58,973 nucleotides of DNA from Betaproteobacteria bacterium (GCA_031394435.1 JANNTQ010000026.1:1-58973); one strand, 5' to 3'; shown: positions 50,615 through 58,973, counted from the stretch's first letter. The notes: generated from the sequence alone by a model not told the origin. Translations and numbers: made by a program.

Positions 50615-52138
50615 ATGATTAGGCTGTTCGGCAGCGCCGCTCCGGACCATCCGATGGCGGATGCGAAGGAAGCCAAACGCCTTCTCGACGAGTTGCGGGC
50701 GCAGGACCCGGTCAAGGCGCTGGAGGAGCTCGGCCACTGGCACGAGTCTGTGTCGTTGGCCGAGGGTTTTCGACCGGATCGGCGCATCCGACTGCTGCTG
50801 CAGGTCGACGACGCGGCGCAGGGCCGCGTGACGAAGATCACGCGCGAATACCTGGCGCCTTCGCGCCAGTCCCGTGTGCAGGAAAACAGGCTGTGGACGG
50901 CAGTGCACGGCTATTGGCGCGAGGCCGGGCTTGCCTTCGCGCGCGGCGTGGACCTGTTCGTGCAGGGCGGCAAAGGCGCGGAAAGCGCCAAGCCGTTCCT
51001 GCCGCAGCTGCTGGTCCGCTGCCTGCGCTCGCTCGCTCAACAGATCAAGTGGATGCACTTTCGCTACGGGCCCTGTGACCTGGCGGTGTGGGGCGTATTC
51101 AACAGGGTCTACGGCTATGCCGAGGCGCGCAATCTTGCGCACGCGAGAGTTCCGGCGCAGGCTGGCGCGCAGGGCGACGCCACGCCGCAGCTGGAGTATC
51201 TGCACGGACTCATGTTCAGCGCCAGCTCGCCCGAGGGCCTGTTGCCGGCGCAGATCGAACTTGCGGATCAGTTGATCGCGCAGTTTGCGCCGCACTTCTC
51301 CTTGGCGGCGGCGTGCGCTGCCGAACTCCCTTACTGGATCGACATCAGTCAGCCGATGGCACCGCTGCGCGCCGTGCGGCCGCCCGCGCCGGCAGCCGGT
51401 CTGCGCTGCTTCGGCGCCGGCGCGGCGCTGGGCGAGATACACGCGCTCGCCGATCGGATACGCGCCACCGCAGCCGTGCCCTCAAGCCTGAATCTGGGTG
51501 CCCCGGTTGAAGCGGACGAAGTGCTCGAAGTGCTCGAGCACCTGGCGATGTACTGGTCGATGCAGCCGCCCGAGCGCAAACACCAGCGCCACAGCGTCAA
51601 GTCGCGCCTCAGCGTGGCCAACAGCTTGCGCGGCGTGATCGAGGCGCTGGGCGAGCCGGCTTCGCCCGGCATCGAGAGCCGCGCTACCGAGAGCTGGATC
51701 GTGGAGAACGTGAGCGCCGGCGGATTCGGCACCGTCGTCTCGCAGGTGAAGGGCGACTGGCTGCGCGTCGGGGCACTGGTCGCGATGCAGCCCGAGGGTG
51801 GCAGCAACTGGGTGGTCGGCCTGGTGCGCCGCGTCAACAAGACGGTCGGGCAGGAAGCACGGGTCGGCATCCAGACTTTGTCGCGCGCGCCGGCAGTGTC
51901 GCAATTCTCCATCAGCGGCTCGCGCGCCGCCGCGGGCGAGCAGGGCGTGCTGTTGAAGGGCAACGACCCTGCGTCGGCAGAGGTGCAGATTGCGCTGCGC
52001 CCCGGGATGTTCGCGCCTGGGCAGAACCTCGAAGCGACGCGGGCCGGGCGCCTGCACATCTACATGCCGACCGGTTTCGGCGAGCGCGGCGAGGATTACG
52101 AAATCGGCAGGTTCAGGGAGATGGTGCGAGAAGCCTGA
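50615..52138 (+). CDS. Large (507 aa) protein with C-terminal PilZ (c-di-GMP-binding) domain; N-terminal ~340 aa of unknown fold
   Basis: PilZ signature: RKHQRHSVKSR (RxxxR) followed about 30 aa later by ENVSAGGFG (D/NxSxxG). The start could instead be the ATG at 50654 (MADAKE). Confidence 0.7.
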   Translation: MIRLFGSAAPDHPMADAKEAKRLLDELRAQDPVKALEELGHWHESVSLAEGFRPDRRIRLLLQVDDAAQGRVTKITREYLAPSRQSRVQENRLWTAVHGYWREAGLAFARGVDLFVQGGKGAESAKPFLPQLLVRCLRSLAQQIKWMHFRYGPCDLAVWGVFNRVYGYAEARNLAHARVPAQAGAQGDATPQLEYLHGLMFSASSPEGLLPAQIELADQLIAQFAPHFSLAAACAAELPYWIDISQPMAPLRAVRPPAPAAGLRCFGAGAALGEIHALADRIRATAAVPSSLNLGAPVEADEVLEVLEHLAMYWSMQPPERKHQRHSVKSRLSVANSLRGVIEALGEPASPGIESRATESWIVENVSAGGFGTVVSQVKGDWLRVGALVAMQPEGGSNWVVGLVRRVNKTVGQEARVGIQTLSRAPAVSQFSISGSRAAAGEQGVLLKGNDPASAEVQIALRPGMFAPGQNLEATRAGRLHIYMPTGFGERGEDYEIGRFREMVREA

Positions 52139-52787
52139 GCAGCCAGGCGGCAATATCGGCGACCTCGTCGCCGCACACGGAGTGCGCCATGGGGTACTCC
52201 TGCCATTGCACCGGGTACCCCAGCGATTGCAGCGCCACGCGCGATTCGCGCGCCCGCGCGATGTCGATCATCGGGTCGTGCGTGCCGTGCGCCATGAACA
52301 CAGGAGTGTCGCTGTTGGCAGCGCTGCACTCGGCGGCGAACACGCCCGCCAGCGGCAGGTAGGTGGAGAGCGCCAATACCCCTGCCAGACGTTCAGAGTG
52401 GCGCAGCCCGGTATGCAGCACCACGGCGCCGCCCTGGGAAAAACCGGCCAGCACGATGCGGCGTGGGTTTACGCCGCGGCCTTTTTCCCGCTCGATCAGC
52501 GCTTGGACCAACGCCTGCGAGGCGCGGATGCCGGCCTCGTCCTCCCTGCCGCCTCCCATCTGCAGGATGTCGTACCAGGCCCGCATAGGCATGCCCATGT
52601 TGATCCGCACCGGCCTTATCGGGGCGTGAGGGAACACGAAGCGCAGGCGCAGTCGCGCCGGCAGGCGCAGCTCGGGGACGATCGGTTCAAAGTCGTGGCC
52701 GTCGGCACCCAGGCCGTGCAGCCAGATCACGGCCGCGTCGGGTGCCGGGGCGGACTCGATTTCGATCGTTTCCGGATCTTGAGTCAC
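52113..52787 (-). CDS. Alpha/beta hydrolase, phospholipase/carboxylesterase family
   Basis: IWLHGLGADG, nucleophile elbow GFSQGG and HGTHDP motifs. GTG start at 52787 overlaps the mog stop. Confidence 0.85.
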   Translation of the reverse strand: MTQDPETIEIESAPAPDAAVIWLHGLGADGHDFEPIVPELRLPARLRLRFVFPHAPIRPVRINMGMPMRAWYDILQMGGGREDEAGIRASQALVQALIEREKGRGVNPRRIVLAGFSQGGAVVLHTGLRHSERLAGVLALSTYLPLAGVFAAECSAANSDTPVFMAHGTHDPMIDIARARESRVALQSLGYPVQWQEYPMAHSVCGDEVADIAAWLLRLLAPSP

Positions 52788-53350
52788 GCCGGCCTGGGCC
52801 GAAGCGCGGATTTCGGCCTGAAGACCTTGACCACGGACTCGTCGGTCTCGATGTAAGGGCCGCCGATCAGGTCGATGCAGTAGGGCACGGCGGCGAACAC
52901 GCCGTCCAGCGTCTCCTTGATCGCCTTGGGCTGGCCGGGCAGGTTGATGATCAGCGCCTGCTTCCTCACCACCGCCACCTGCCGCGACAGGATCGCCGTC
53001 GGCACGTATTTCAGGCTCACCGCGCGCATCTGCTCGCCGAATCCCGGCATCACCTTGTCGGCTACCGCCAGCGTGGCTTCGGGCGTCACGTCGCGCGGCG
53101 CCGGGCCGGTGCCGCCGGTGGTGAGCACCAGGTGGCAGCCTTGCAGATCCACCAGTTCGACCAGCGCCGATTCGATCAGCGCCTGCTCGTCGGGAACTAG
53201 GCGCTCCTCGAAGCGCAGCGCCGGTGCCACGATCACCTTCTGCAGCCACTGTTTGAGCGAGGGGATCCCCTCGTCCCGGTAGACGCCGCCCGAGGCGCGG
53301 TCGCTTGCCGACAGCAGCCCGACGATCAGCGTGTCATTCATTGGCGGCAT
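52784..53350 (-). CDS. mog: Molybdopterin adenylyltransferase (Mog/MoaB-type)
   Basis: SDRAS..Y.D, LTTGGTGPAPRDVTPEAT and PGFGEQMR motifs. The start is the ATG at 53350 or 53341. Confidence 0.88.
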   Translation of the reverse strand: MPPMNDTLIVGLLSASDRASGGVYRDEGIPSLKQWLQKVIVAPALRFEERLVPDEQALIESALVELVDLQGCHLVLTTGGTGPAPRDVTPEATLAVADKVMPGFGEQMRAVSLKYVPTAILSRQVAVVRKQALIINLPGQPKAIKETLDGVFAAVPYCIDLIGGPYIETDESVVKVFRPKSALRPRPA

Positions 53351-53816
53351 CGCGGATGGCCCGGAACAGCTCGCGGTAGGCGCGCGGTGGCTTTGCCGCA
53401 TTCTGCTCCTTGCGCGCGTTGCGCAGCAGGGCTCGCAGATTCTGCAGATCGGCGCCGGGGTGCATGGCGGCAAACTCGGTGAGCGCGCCATCGTCCTCCA
53501 TCAGGCGTGCGCGCCAATGCTCCATGCGCTGGTGGCTGGCGCGCGCCTGCGCCGAACCGCCTGCGACGCTGGCGAGCTGCGCGCGGATCGGCTCTGGGTC
53601 GATGCCGCGCATCAGCCGGCCGATGAGCTGCATCTGGCGGCGCTTCGCTTCGTGGCTGCGCATGCGGCGCGCTTCGTGCACTGCCCGCGCCAGCTCCTCG
53701 GGCAGCGCCATGTGCTCGAGGTGCGCGGCGGACAAATCCACCAGCGCGGCGCCGAGCTGCTGCAGTGCGTGCATTTCCTGCTTCTTCTTCGTCTTGCTGG
53801 GAATTTCGCCTTGCAT
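53334..53816 (-). CDS. yjgA: Ribosome-associated protein YjgA (DUF615 / DarP family)
   Basis: SKTKKKQEMHALQQLG.. and the RRQMQLIGRLMR motif. It has the classic divergent arrangement with pmbA. I chose the ATG at 53816, because the longer ORF would overlap the pmbA start. Confidence 0.8.
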   Translation of the reverse strand: MQGEIPSKTKKKQEMHALQQLGAALVDLSAAHLEHMALPEELARAVHEARRMRSHEAKRRQMQLIGRLMRGIDPEPIRAQLASVAGGSAQARASHQRMEHWRARLMEDDGALTEFAAMHPGADLQNLRALLRNARKEQNAAKPPRAYRELFRAIRDAANE

Positions 53817-53838
53817 TGCGCTGCTATGATAGCGCGCC

Positions 53839-55194
53839 ATGAAAAACGGCGGCCGCTTCAGCTACACGCAGGCGCAGTTGCAGCAATTCGCGTCAGATGT
53901 GCTTGCGCATGCAAAGAGGCTGGGTGCCAGCGCCTGCGAATGCGACGTGTCGGAAGGACAAGGCCTGTCGGTGACGGTGCGCAAGGGCGCCGTGGACACC
54001 ATCGAGCACAACCGCGACAAGGGTATCGGGGTGAGCGTGTACCTCGGCGAGCGGCCCGGCGCGCATCGCGGGCACGCCAGCACTTCGGCTTTTTCCGCGG
54101 CGGCGCTGCAACAGACGGTGGCGGCGGCGCTGGCCATTGCGCGCCACACCGCGGTAGACGACTGCGCCGGGCTGCCCGAACCTGAGCTGCTGGCACGCGA
54201 TACGCCCGACCTCGACCTGTACCATCCCTGGGCGCTCGCCACCGAGGAAGCGATCGGCATCGCGCGTCGTTGCGAGGCCGCGGCCTTCGCGTTGTCGCCC
54301 AAGATCCGCAACTCGGAAGGGGCGTCGGTGTCGGCGCAGCATTCGCAGTTCGTGTTCGCCAACAGCCTGGGCTTCATGGGCGGTTTTCCGACCTCGCGCC
54401 ACTCGCTCAACCTGTCGGTGATCGCCGAGGACAAGGGCGGCATGCAGCGCGACGATTGGTACAGCGCAGTGCGCGTACCGGCGCAGCTGGCGCGGGCCGA
54501 GGCGCTGGGCCGCTACGCCGGCGCGCGCGCGCTGGCGCGGCTCGGCGCGCGCAAGATCGGCACGCGCCGGGCGCCGGTGTTGTTCGAGGCGCCGCAGGCA
54601 GCGATGCTGCTGGGCAGTTTCGTCTCCGCGGCGAGCGGCGGCAGCTTGTACCGCAAGGCGAGCTTCCTTGGCGGCAGCCTCGGTCAGCAGGTGTTCGCCC
54701 GCGGGGTGAACATCGAGGAGCGCCCGCACGAGCGTAAGGCGCTCGCCAGCTCGCCGTTCGACGAGGAGGGCGTGGCAACCCGCGCGCGCAGTGTGGTGCG
54801 CGACGGCGTGCTACAAGGCTATTTCCTGGGCTGCTACTCGGCGCGCAAGCTCGGCATGCAGAGCACCGGCAGCGCGGGCGGCAACCACAATCTCAGCCTG
54901 GAGTCCGCCGGGCCGGATTTCCGCGGCATGCTGCGGCAACTGGGCCGCGGACTGCTGGTGACCGAGCTGCTCGGCCACGGCATCAACCTGGTGACCGGCG
55001 ACTACTCGAGGGGCGCCGCAGGCTACTGGGTGCAAGGCGGGGAGATCGCCTATCCCGTGGAGGAAATCACCATCGCCGGCAACCTCAAGCAGATGTTCCG
55101 GGGCATCGCGGCAGTGGGCAGCGACGTGGTGGTGCGCGGCTCGCGCCGCAGCGGCTCGATCCTGGTGGAGAACATGACTATCGCCGGGGCGTGA
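53839..55194 (+). CDS. pmbA: Metalloprotease PmbA (TldE)
   Basis: Length and motifs of the PmbA/TldD family (..GHGINLVTGDYSRGAAGYWV..GEI..PVEEITIAGN). Confidence 0.92.
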   Translation: MKNGGRFSYTQAQLQQFASDVLAHAKRLGASACECDVSEGQGLSVTVRKGAVDTIEHNRDKGIGVSVYLGERPGAHRGHASTSAFSAAALQQTVAAALAIARHTAVDDCAGLPEPELLARDTPDLDLYHPWALATEEAIGIARRCEAAAFALSPKIRNSEGASVSAQHSQFVFANSLGFMGGFPTSRHSLNLSVIAEDKGGMQRDDWYSAVRVPAQLARAEALGRYAGARALARLGARKIGTRRAPVLFEAPQAAMLLGSFVSAASGGSLYRKASFLGGSLGQQVFARGVNIEERPHERKALASSPFDEEGVATRARSVVRDGVLQGYFLGCYSARKLGMQSTGSAGGNHNLSLESAGPDFRGMLRQLGRGLLVTELLGHGINLVTGDYSRGAAGYWVQGGEIAYPVEEITIAGNLKQMFRGIAAVGSDVVVRGSRRSGSILVENMTIAGA

Positions 55195-55250
55195 AAGCGC
55201 CCGCTGCGTGTTGGTGCATAATCGGCGCCCGGCCAATGTCGGAGGGCGCC

Positions 55251-55823
55251 ATGCGCGGACTGGTTTGGATCGTCTCGATGTTGCTTGCTGCCGCACCGGC
55301 GCTCGCCCTGGACGGGGCGACGCGGGCGCAGATCGATCGAGGCGAGCGCAATCCCGACGTCATATACGTGCCCACGCCGCAGGAAGTGGTCGAGGACATG
55401 CTGCGCCTGGCAAACGTCAGGCACGGCGACGTGCTGTACGACCTCGGCTCGGGCGACGGTCGCATCCCGGTGACGGCAGCAAGGCGGTACGGCGTGCGCG
55501 CAGTCGGCATCGACATCGACCCTGAGCGCATCCGCGAAGCGCGGGAAAACGCGCGCAGGAACGGCGTCGACCAGCTGGTGCAGTTCCGCATCGGAGACCT
55601 GTTCAAAGCGGACTTCCGCGATGCCACCGTCATCACGCTGTACCTGCTGCCCGACCTCAACCTGAAACTGCGTCCGAAGCTGCTGCGCGAGCTGAACCCC
55701 GGCACGCGCGTCGTTTCGCACCAATTCGACATGGGCAGCTGGGAGCCCGACAAAAAGCTCGAGTCGAACGGCCGCACGATCTATTTCTGGGTGGTGCCCG
55801 AGGCGAAGAAGCACGCCAGATGA
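55251..55823 (+). CDS. Class I SAM-dependent methyltransferase with an N-terminal signal-peptide-like segment
   Basis: Motif I VLYDLGSGDGRI. Acidic loop GIDID. N-terminus MRGLVWIVSMLLAAAPALALDG. GGAGGG RBS before the ATG at 55251. Confidence 0.8.
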   Translation: MRGLVWIVSMLLAAAPALALDGATRAQIDRGERNPDVIYVPTPQEVVEDMLRLANVRHGDVLYDLGSGDGRIPVTAARRYGVRAVGIDIDPERIREARENARRNGVDQLVQFRIGDLFKADFRDATVITLYLLPDLNLKLRPKLLRELNPGTRVVSHQFDMGSWEPDKKLESNGRTIYFWVVPEAKKHAR

Positions 55824-55933
55824 AGATCGAGGTGGTTTCCGACGTGGTGTGCCCCTGGTGCTACTTCGGCGTGTCCGGCGCGCAGCCACCGCAGGCGCTG
55901 GCCGCGGCGATGCGCGAGGCGGCTACGTCGTAA
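55820..55933 (+). pseudogene. Truncated DsbA/FrnE-family thiol oxidoreductase remnant (first ~17 residues recognisable, 37 codons total)
   Basis: MKIEVVSDVVCPWCYFG is the canonical N-terminus with the CPWC active site of DsbA-like (2-hydroxychromene-2-carboxylate isomerase/FrnE) proteins. The reading frame then degenerates and stops at 55933, overlapping the 3' end of the convergent cyclase gene. Confidence 0.5.
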
Positions 55934-56552
55934 AGTCGAGCCGGTCGTTGCGCAGCACGCCGTAGATGCGGATCGGCGGGCGATTGTGCAGCTCGAGCGG
56001 CGGCAAGGGCTGCGCGTCCAGCTCCAACTCGGCCACCGACACCACGCCCAGCACGGTGTCCGACAGCACAAGTTCGCCGGCGCGCGCGCGGTGCACCAGG
56101 CGCTCGGCAATGCTGACGCAATCGCCGAACACCACGGAGTTACGTTGGCTGGCCGGGCCGGCCTCGCCGAACACCGCGTCGCCGAGGTGTACGCCCAACG
56201 AGATCGCCACGCGCAGGCCGTAGTCACGTTGCCAAGCCTGCACTACCGGGTCGAATTCCGCCGCCATGCGTTGCACTGCGCGCACGGCGCCGCGCGCCTG
56301 GTCCGCCGGCGCGCCGCGCCGGAATGCGGCAATCAGCGAATCGTTGTGGACGGCGATGACTTCGCCGCCGTTCGACGGCGCCGCCGCGGCGGCGCAGTCG
56401 AAAAACTGGTCCGCCAGCGCCAGCACGCGCGCCGCGTCGAGCATTTCCGACATGCTGGTGAAATTGCGCAGTTCGGCGATCATGATCACCGCAGGCGTGC
56501 GCTCTGCCGGATTGTCACGTTGCGTAGCGACGGCCACTACCTGGGCTCCCAT
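55923..56552 (-). CDS. Stand-alone class III nucleotidyl cyclase homology domain protein (possibly catalytically degenerate)
   Basis: Cyclase homology domain blocks: IMIAELRNFTS, VHNDSLIAAF, ISLGVHLGDAVFGE and VVFGDCVSIAERL. Confidence 0.8.
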   Translation of the reverse strand: MGAQVVAVATQRDNPAERTPAVIMIAELRNFTSMSEMLDAARVLALADQFFDCAAAAAPSNGGEVIAVHNDSLIAAFRRGAPADQARGAVRAVQRMAAEFDPVVQAWQRDYGLRVAISLGVHLGDAVFGEAGPASQRNSVVFGDCVSIAERLVHRARAGELVLSDTVLGVVSVAELELDAQPLPPLELHNRPPIRIYGVLRNDRLDFTT

Positions 56553-56674
56553 GGGACGTACTCCGCTCCGGGCGACGCGGACATATTAGGCAGACGGTCG
56601 CGCCCGGGGGAGGAACTAGTTCCGCTCCGGGGACACGGTCGGGACATGCGGCGTGCCATGGTCGATCGGCGGCC

Positions 56675-57265
56675 TCAGCCGTACAGGGCAAACAAGGCCG
56701 CCACGAACACCACCAGCGCACCCGCCGCGAGCAACATCAGCGAGGCGTCGGACACCGTCGGCAGGTCCGGGTCGCGCGGCACCGGCTGCGCTTGGTGCTC
56801 GTCGTGCCCGGCGGTGGCCGGCGCGCCATGCAGCGCGCCCACCTTTTCGTTGAAGGCGCTGAAAAAGTCCTGCGAGATTTTTTTCGCCGCCGCGTCCACC
56901 AGGCGTGAGCCGATCTGCGCCAGTTTTCCGCCGACGTTGGCCTTGACCTGGTAGCTGAGCCGGGTACCGTCGCCGTCGGCAGCGAGCGCCACCTGCGCCG
57001 ATCCCTTGGCGAAGCCGGCGGCGCCTCCCTGGCCCTCGAAAGCGATCGCGTAGGAGTGTGGCGGTTTCAGATCCGACAGGCCGAGCTTGCCCTTGAACTT
57101 GGCGCTTACCGGCCCGATGCGCGCCACCATCAGCACCTGAAATTCGTTGTCCGCGATGCGCTCGATGGATTCGCAGCCCGGCACGCAGGCTTTCAGGATC
57201 TCCGGGTCGTTGAGCGCGGCCCAGGTATCGGCCTGCGACGCCGGGACCAACTGCTCGCCGCTCAT
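56675..57265 (-). CDS. coxG: CoxG-like SRPBCC carbon monoxide dehydrogenase subunit G family protein with C-terminal TM anchor
   Basis: W..LNDPE.L..C.PGCE, VGPV.A.F.G and GG.LAQ.G.RL motifs. ATG 57265 overlaps the coxE stop (ATGA). Hydrophobic C-terminus. Confidence 0.85.
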   Translation of the reverse strand: MSGEQLVPASQADTWAALNDPEILKACVPGCESIERIADNEFQVLMVARIGPVSAKFKGKLGLSDLKPPHSYAIAFEGQGGAAGFAKGSAQVALAADGDGTRLSYQVKANVGGKLAQIGSRLVDAAAKKISQDFFSAFNEKVGALHGAPATAGHDEHQAQPVPRDPDLPTVSDASLMLLAAGALVVFVAALFALYG

Positions 57266-58485
57266 CTCCACGCGCTGTCCTCTGTTTTCCGCGTCAACGG
57301 GCGTCTCAGCGTATGCGCCAAGTCGACCAGGCTTTTCAGATTATGCACCGGCAGGAACAGGTCCACGTGCGGCAGCATGGCGCGCACCCCCGCCGGCTTG
57401 GCCTCGAACTTGTCGTAGCGCAGCAGCGGATTGAGCCAGACGAGGAAGCGGCAGGACTTCGACAGCCGCTCCATTTCCTCGGCCAGGCCTTCGCCCGCCT
57501 CGCGGTCCAGGCCGTCGGACACCAGCAGCACGCAGGCATTCTGGCCGAGCAGGCGCCGCGCCCAGCGCCAGTTGAACTCGCGCAGGCACACGCCGATGCG
57601 CGTGCCGCCCGACCAGTCCTTGATCGCGTCGGCCACGCGCGTCATCGCCACGTCGACGTCGCGGTGGCGCAGCTGGCGGGTCACGTTGGTGAGCCGCGTG
57701 CCGAAAACGAAGGTGTGCACGCGGTCGCGATCGTTGGTGAGCGCGTGCAGGAAGTGCAGGAACATGCGCGCGTAGGGATTCATCGAGCCCGAGATGTCGC
57801 ACAGCACCACCAGCGGCGGGTGGATTTCCACCGGCTTCGAGCGCACCAGCGGGATCACGTCGCCGCCCTCGCGCAGGCTCTCGCGCAGCGTGGCGCGCAG
57901 GTGCACGCGCCGGCCGCGCAGGTCGGGCGCGTGGCGCCGGGTGCGGATCAGCGGCAGCGGCAGGCGCAGCTGGCGGATCATTTTCTTCGCCTCGGCGAGT
58001 TCTGCCGCCGACATGGTGTCGAAATCCATGCGCTGCAGCACCTCGCGCGAGGAGAAGGTGAGGCGCGCGTCGAGCTCCACTTTCTGCTCCTCGCGCTGCT
58101 CCTCGAGTTTGTTCTGTCCGTACAGAGCGTCGGTCAGGCGCTGGCTTTGCTGCTCCTCGGGCTTGGGCGTGCGGCCGTAGGTCTGCGGCAGCAGCATTTG
58201 CATCATCTTCTCGGTCAGCTTGGGGTCGCGCCAGAACAGGCGAAACGCCTGGTCGAAGATCGGGCGCTGCTCCTCGCGTGACAGCAGCACCGCCGACATG
58301 GTCCAGTACCAGTCCTCGCGCCCGTGGGCTGTACTGAGGGCACCCGCCATCTCCAGCGCACGCACGCAATCGACGACGCGGTCGGGGCCGACCCGCAGGC
58401 CCGCGCCGCGCAGCAGGCGCGCGAAGTGCATCACATTTTCTGCCAGCTTGTGGCCGGGTCCGGCCGCGTCGAGCTCGGGGAACAT
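57262..58485 (-). CDS. coxE: VWA domain-containing CoxE-like protein
   Basis: N-terminus FARLLRGAGL.VGP. MIDAS-type DISGSM. Position between the MoxR-type ATPase gene and coxG. Confidence 0.88.
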   Translation of the reverse strand: MFPELDAAGPGHKLAENVMHFARLLRGAGLRVGPDRVVDCVRALEMAGALSTAHGREDWYWTMSAVLLSREEQRPIFDQAFRLFWRDPKLTEKMMQMLLPQTYGRTPKPEEQQSQRLTDALYGQNKLEEQREEQKVELDARLTFSSREVLQRMDFDTMSAAELAEAKKMIRQLRLPLPLIRTRRHAPDLRGRRVHLRATLRESLREGGDVIPLVRSKPVEIHPPLVVLCDISGSMNPYARMFLHFLHALTNDRDRVHTFVFGTRLTNVTRQLRHRDVDVAMTRVADAIKDWSGGTRIGVCLREFNWRWARRLLGQNACVLLVSDGLDREAGEGLAEEMERLSKSCRFLVWLNPLLRYDKFEAKPAGVRAMLPHVDLFLPVHNLKSLVDLAHTLRRPLTRKTEDSAWR

Positions 58486-58973
58486 TCAGGCCGCGGCCGC
58501 CGCCGCCTTCGATTCGCCCACCAGGCGGGTCGCTTCCTCGCCCGCGATGCGCTCGATGTCGTCCTGGTACTTGAGCAGCACGCCGAGCGTGTTGTTCACC
58601 GTCTCGGGGTCGAGCGTGATGCGATCGAGCGCCACCAGGCAGTTGGCCCAGTCGATGGTCTCGGCCACGCCGGGCAGTTTGAACAGATCCACGCCGCGCA
58701 GGCGCTGCACGAAGGCGACGACTTCCTTCGAGAGCGCGCCGGCCGCCTTGGGCGCCTTGCGCCGCAGGATTTCCAGCTCGCGCACCGCATCCGGGTAATC
58801 CACCCAGTGGTAGAAGCAGCGGCGCTTCACCGCATCGTGGATTTCACGTGTGCGGTTCGAGGTAATCACCACCACCGGTGGCTCCACCGCCTTGAGCGTG
58901 CCGATCTCCGGAATCGTGATCTGCCAGTCGGAGAGCACTTCCAGCAGGTAGGCCTCGAAGGGCTCGTCGGTGC
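58486..58973 (-). CDS. coxD: MoxR-family AAA+ ATPase (CoxD-like); 5' end outside window
   Basis: C-terminal part of the AAA+ core (VVITSNRTREIHDAVKRRCFYHWVDYP) and the lid. The frame is open to the window edge. Confidence 0.88.
   Translation of the reverse strand, partial: TDEPFEAYLLEVLSDWQITIPEIGTLKAVEPPVVVITSNRTREIHDAVKRRCFYHWVDYPDAVRELEILRRKAPKAAGALSKEVVAFVQRLRGVDLFKLPGVAETIDWANCLVALDRITLDPETVNNTLGVLLKYQDDIERIAGEEATRLVGESKAAAAAA

Overview
High-GC (roughly 62-68% by eye) chromosomal segment. It is mostly housekeeping genes: mnmA, purB, queA-tgt-yajC-secD-secF, tRNA-Leu, folK-pcnB-HAD-hda-perM/purM, dnaE, metG/apbC-dcd, folA, thyA, mog, yjgA/pmbA and coxD-E-G. The purM/perM/hda/HAD/pcnB/folK/deoxynucleoside-kinase order suggests a betaproteobacterium, but that is inference only. 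Several signalling modules sit between the housekeeping blocks.

The most interesting is a ~7 kb island between tRNA-Leu(CAA) and the deoxynucleoside kinase gene. It carries a DSF-type (rpf) quorum-sensing set: an RpfG-like REC/HD-GYP regulator, an RpfC-like hybrid kinase and an RpfF-like crotonase synthase. The canonical accessory genes are replaced by a membrane Delta12-like fatty-acid desaturase (operonic with rpfF) and a heme-oxygenase-like di-iron enzyme (downstream of rpfC). This points to an undescribed DSF-family or olefin signal chemistry.

Other notable points:
- an operon of class III cyclase-PEGA, TPR-like lipoprotein and tail-anchored Hanks kinase
- a receiver-fused Hanks kinase translationally coupled to thyA, divergent from a large PilZ protein
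- a QseE/QseG/QseF-like module with a complete sigma54 regulatory region, splitting thyA from folA
- a ~600 bp low-GC patch (about 47% vs 62%) inside metG that covers the anticodon-binding domain
- an ornithine-decarboxylase leader with a consensus promoter and an upstream ORF
- a hexanucleotide Lys/Val-coding microsatellite
- two truncated gene remnants

I saw no CRISPR array, transposase, integrase or rRNA. All functional calls come from reading the translated ORFs for motifs; no database search was run.
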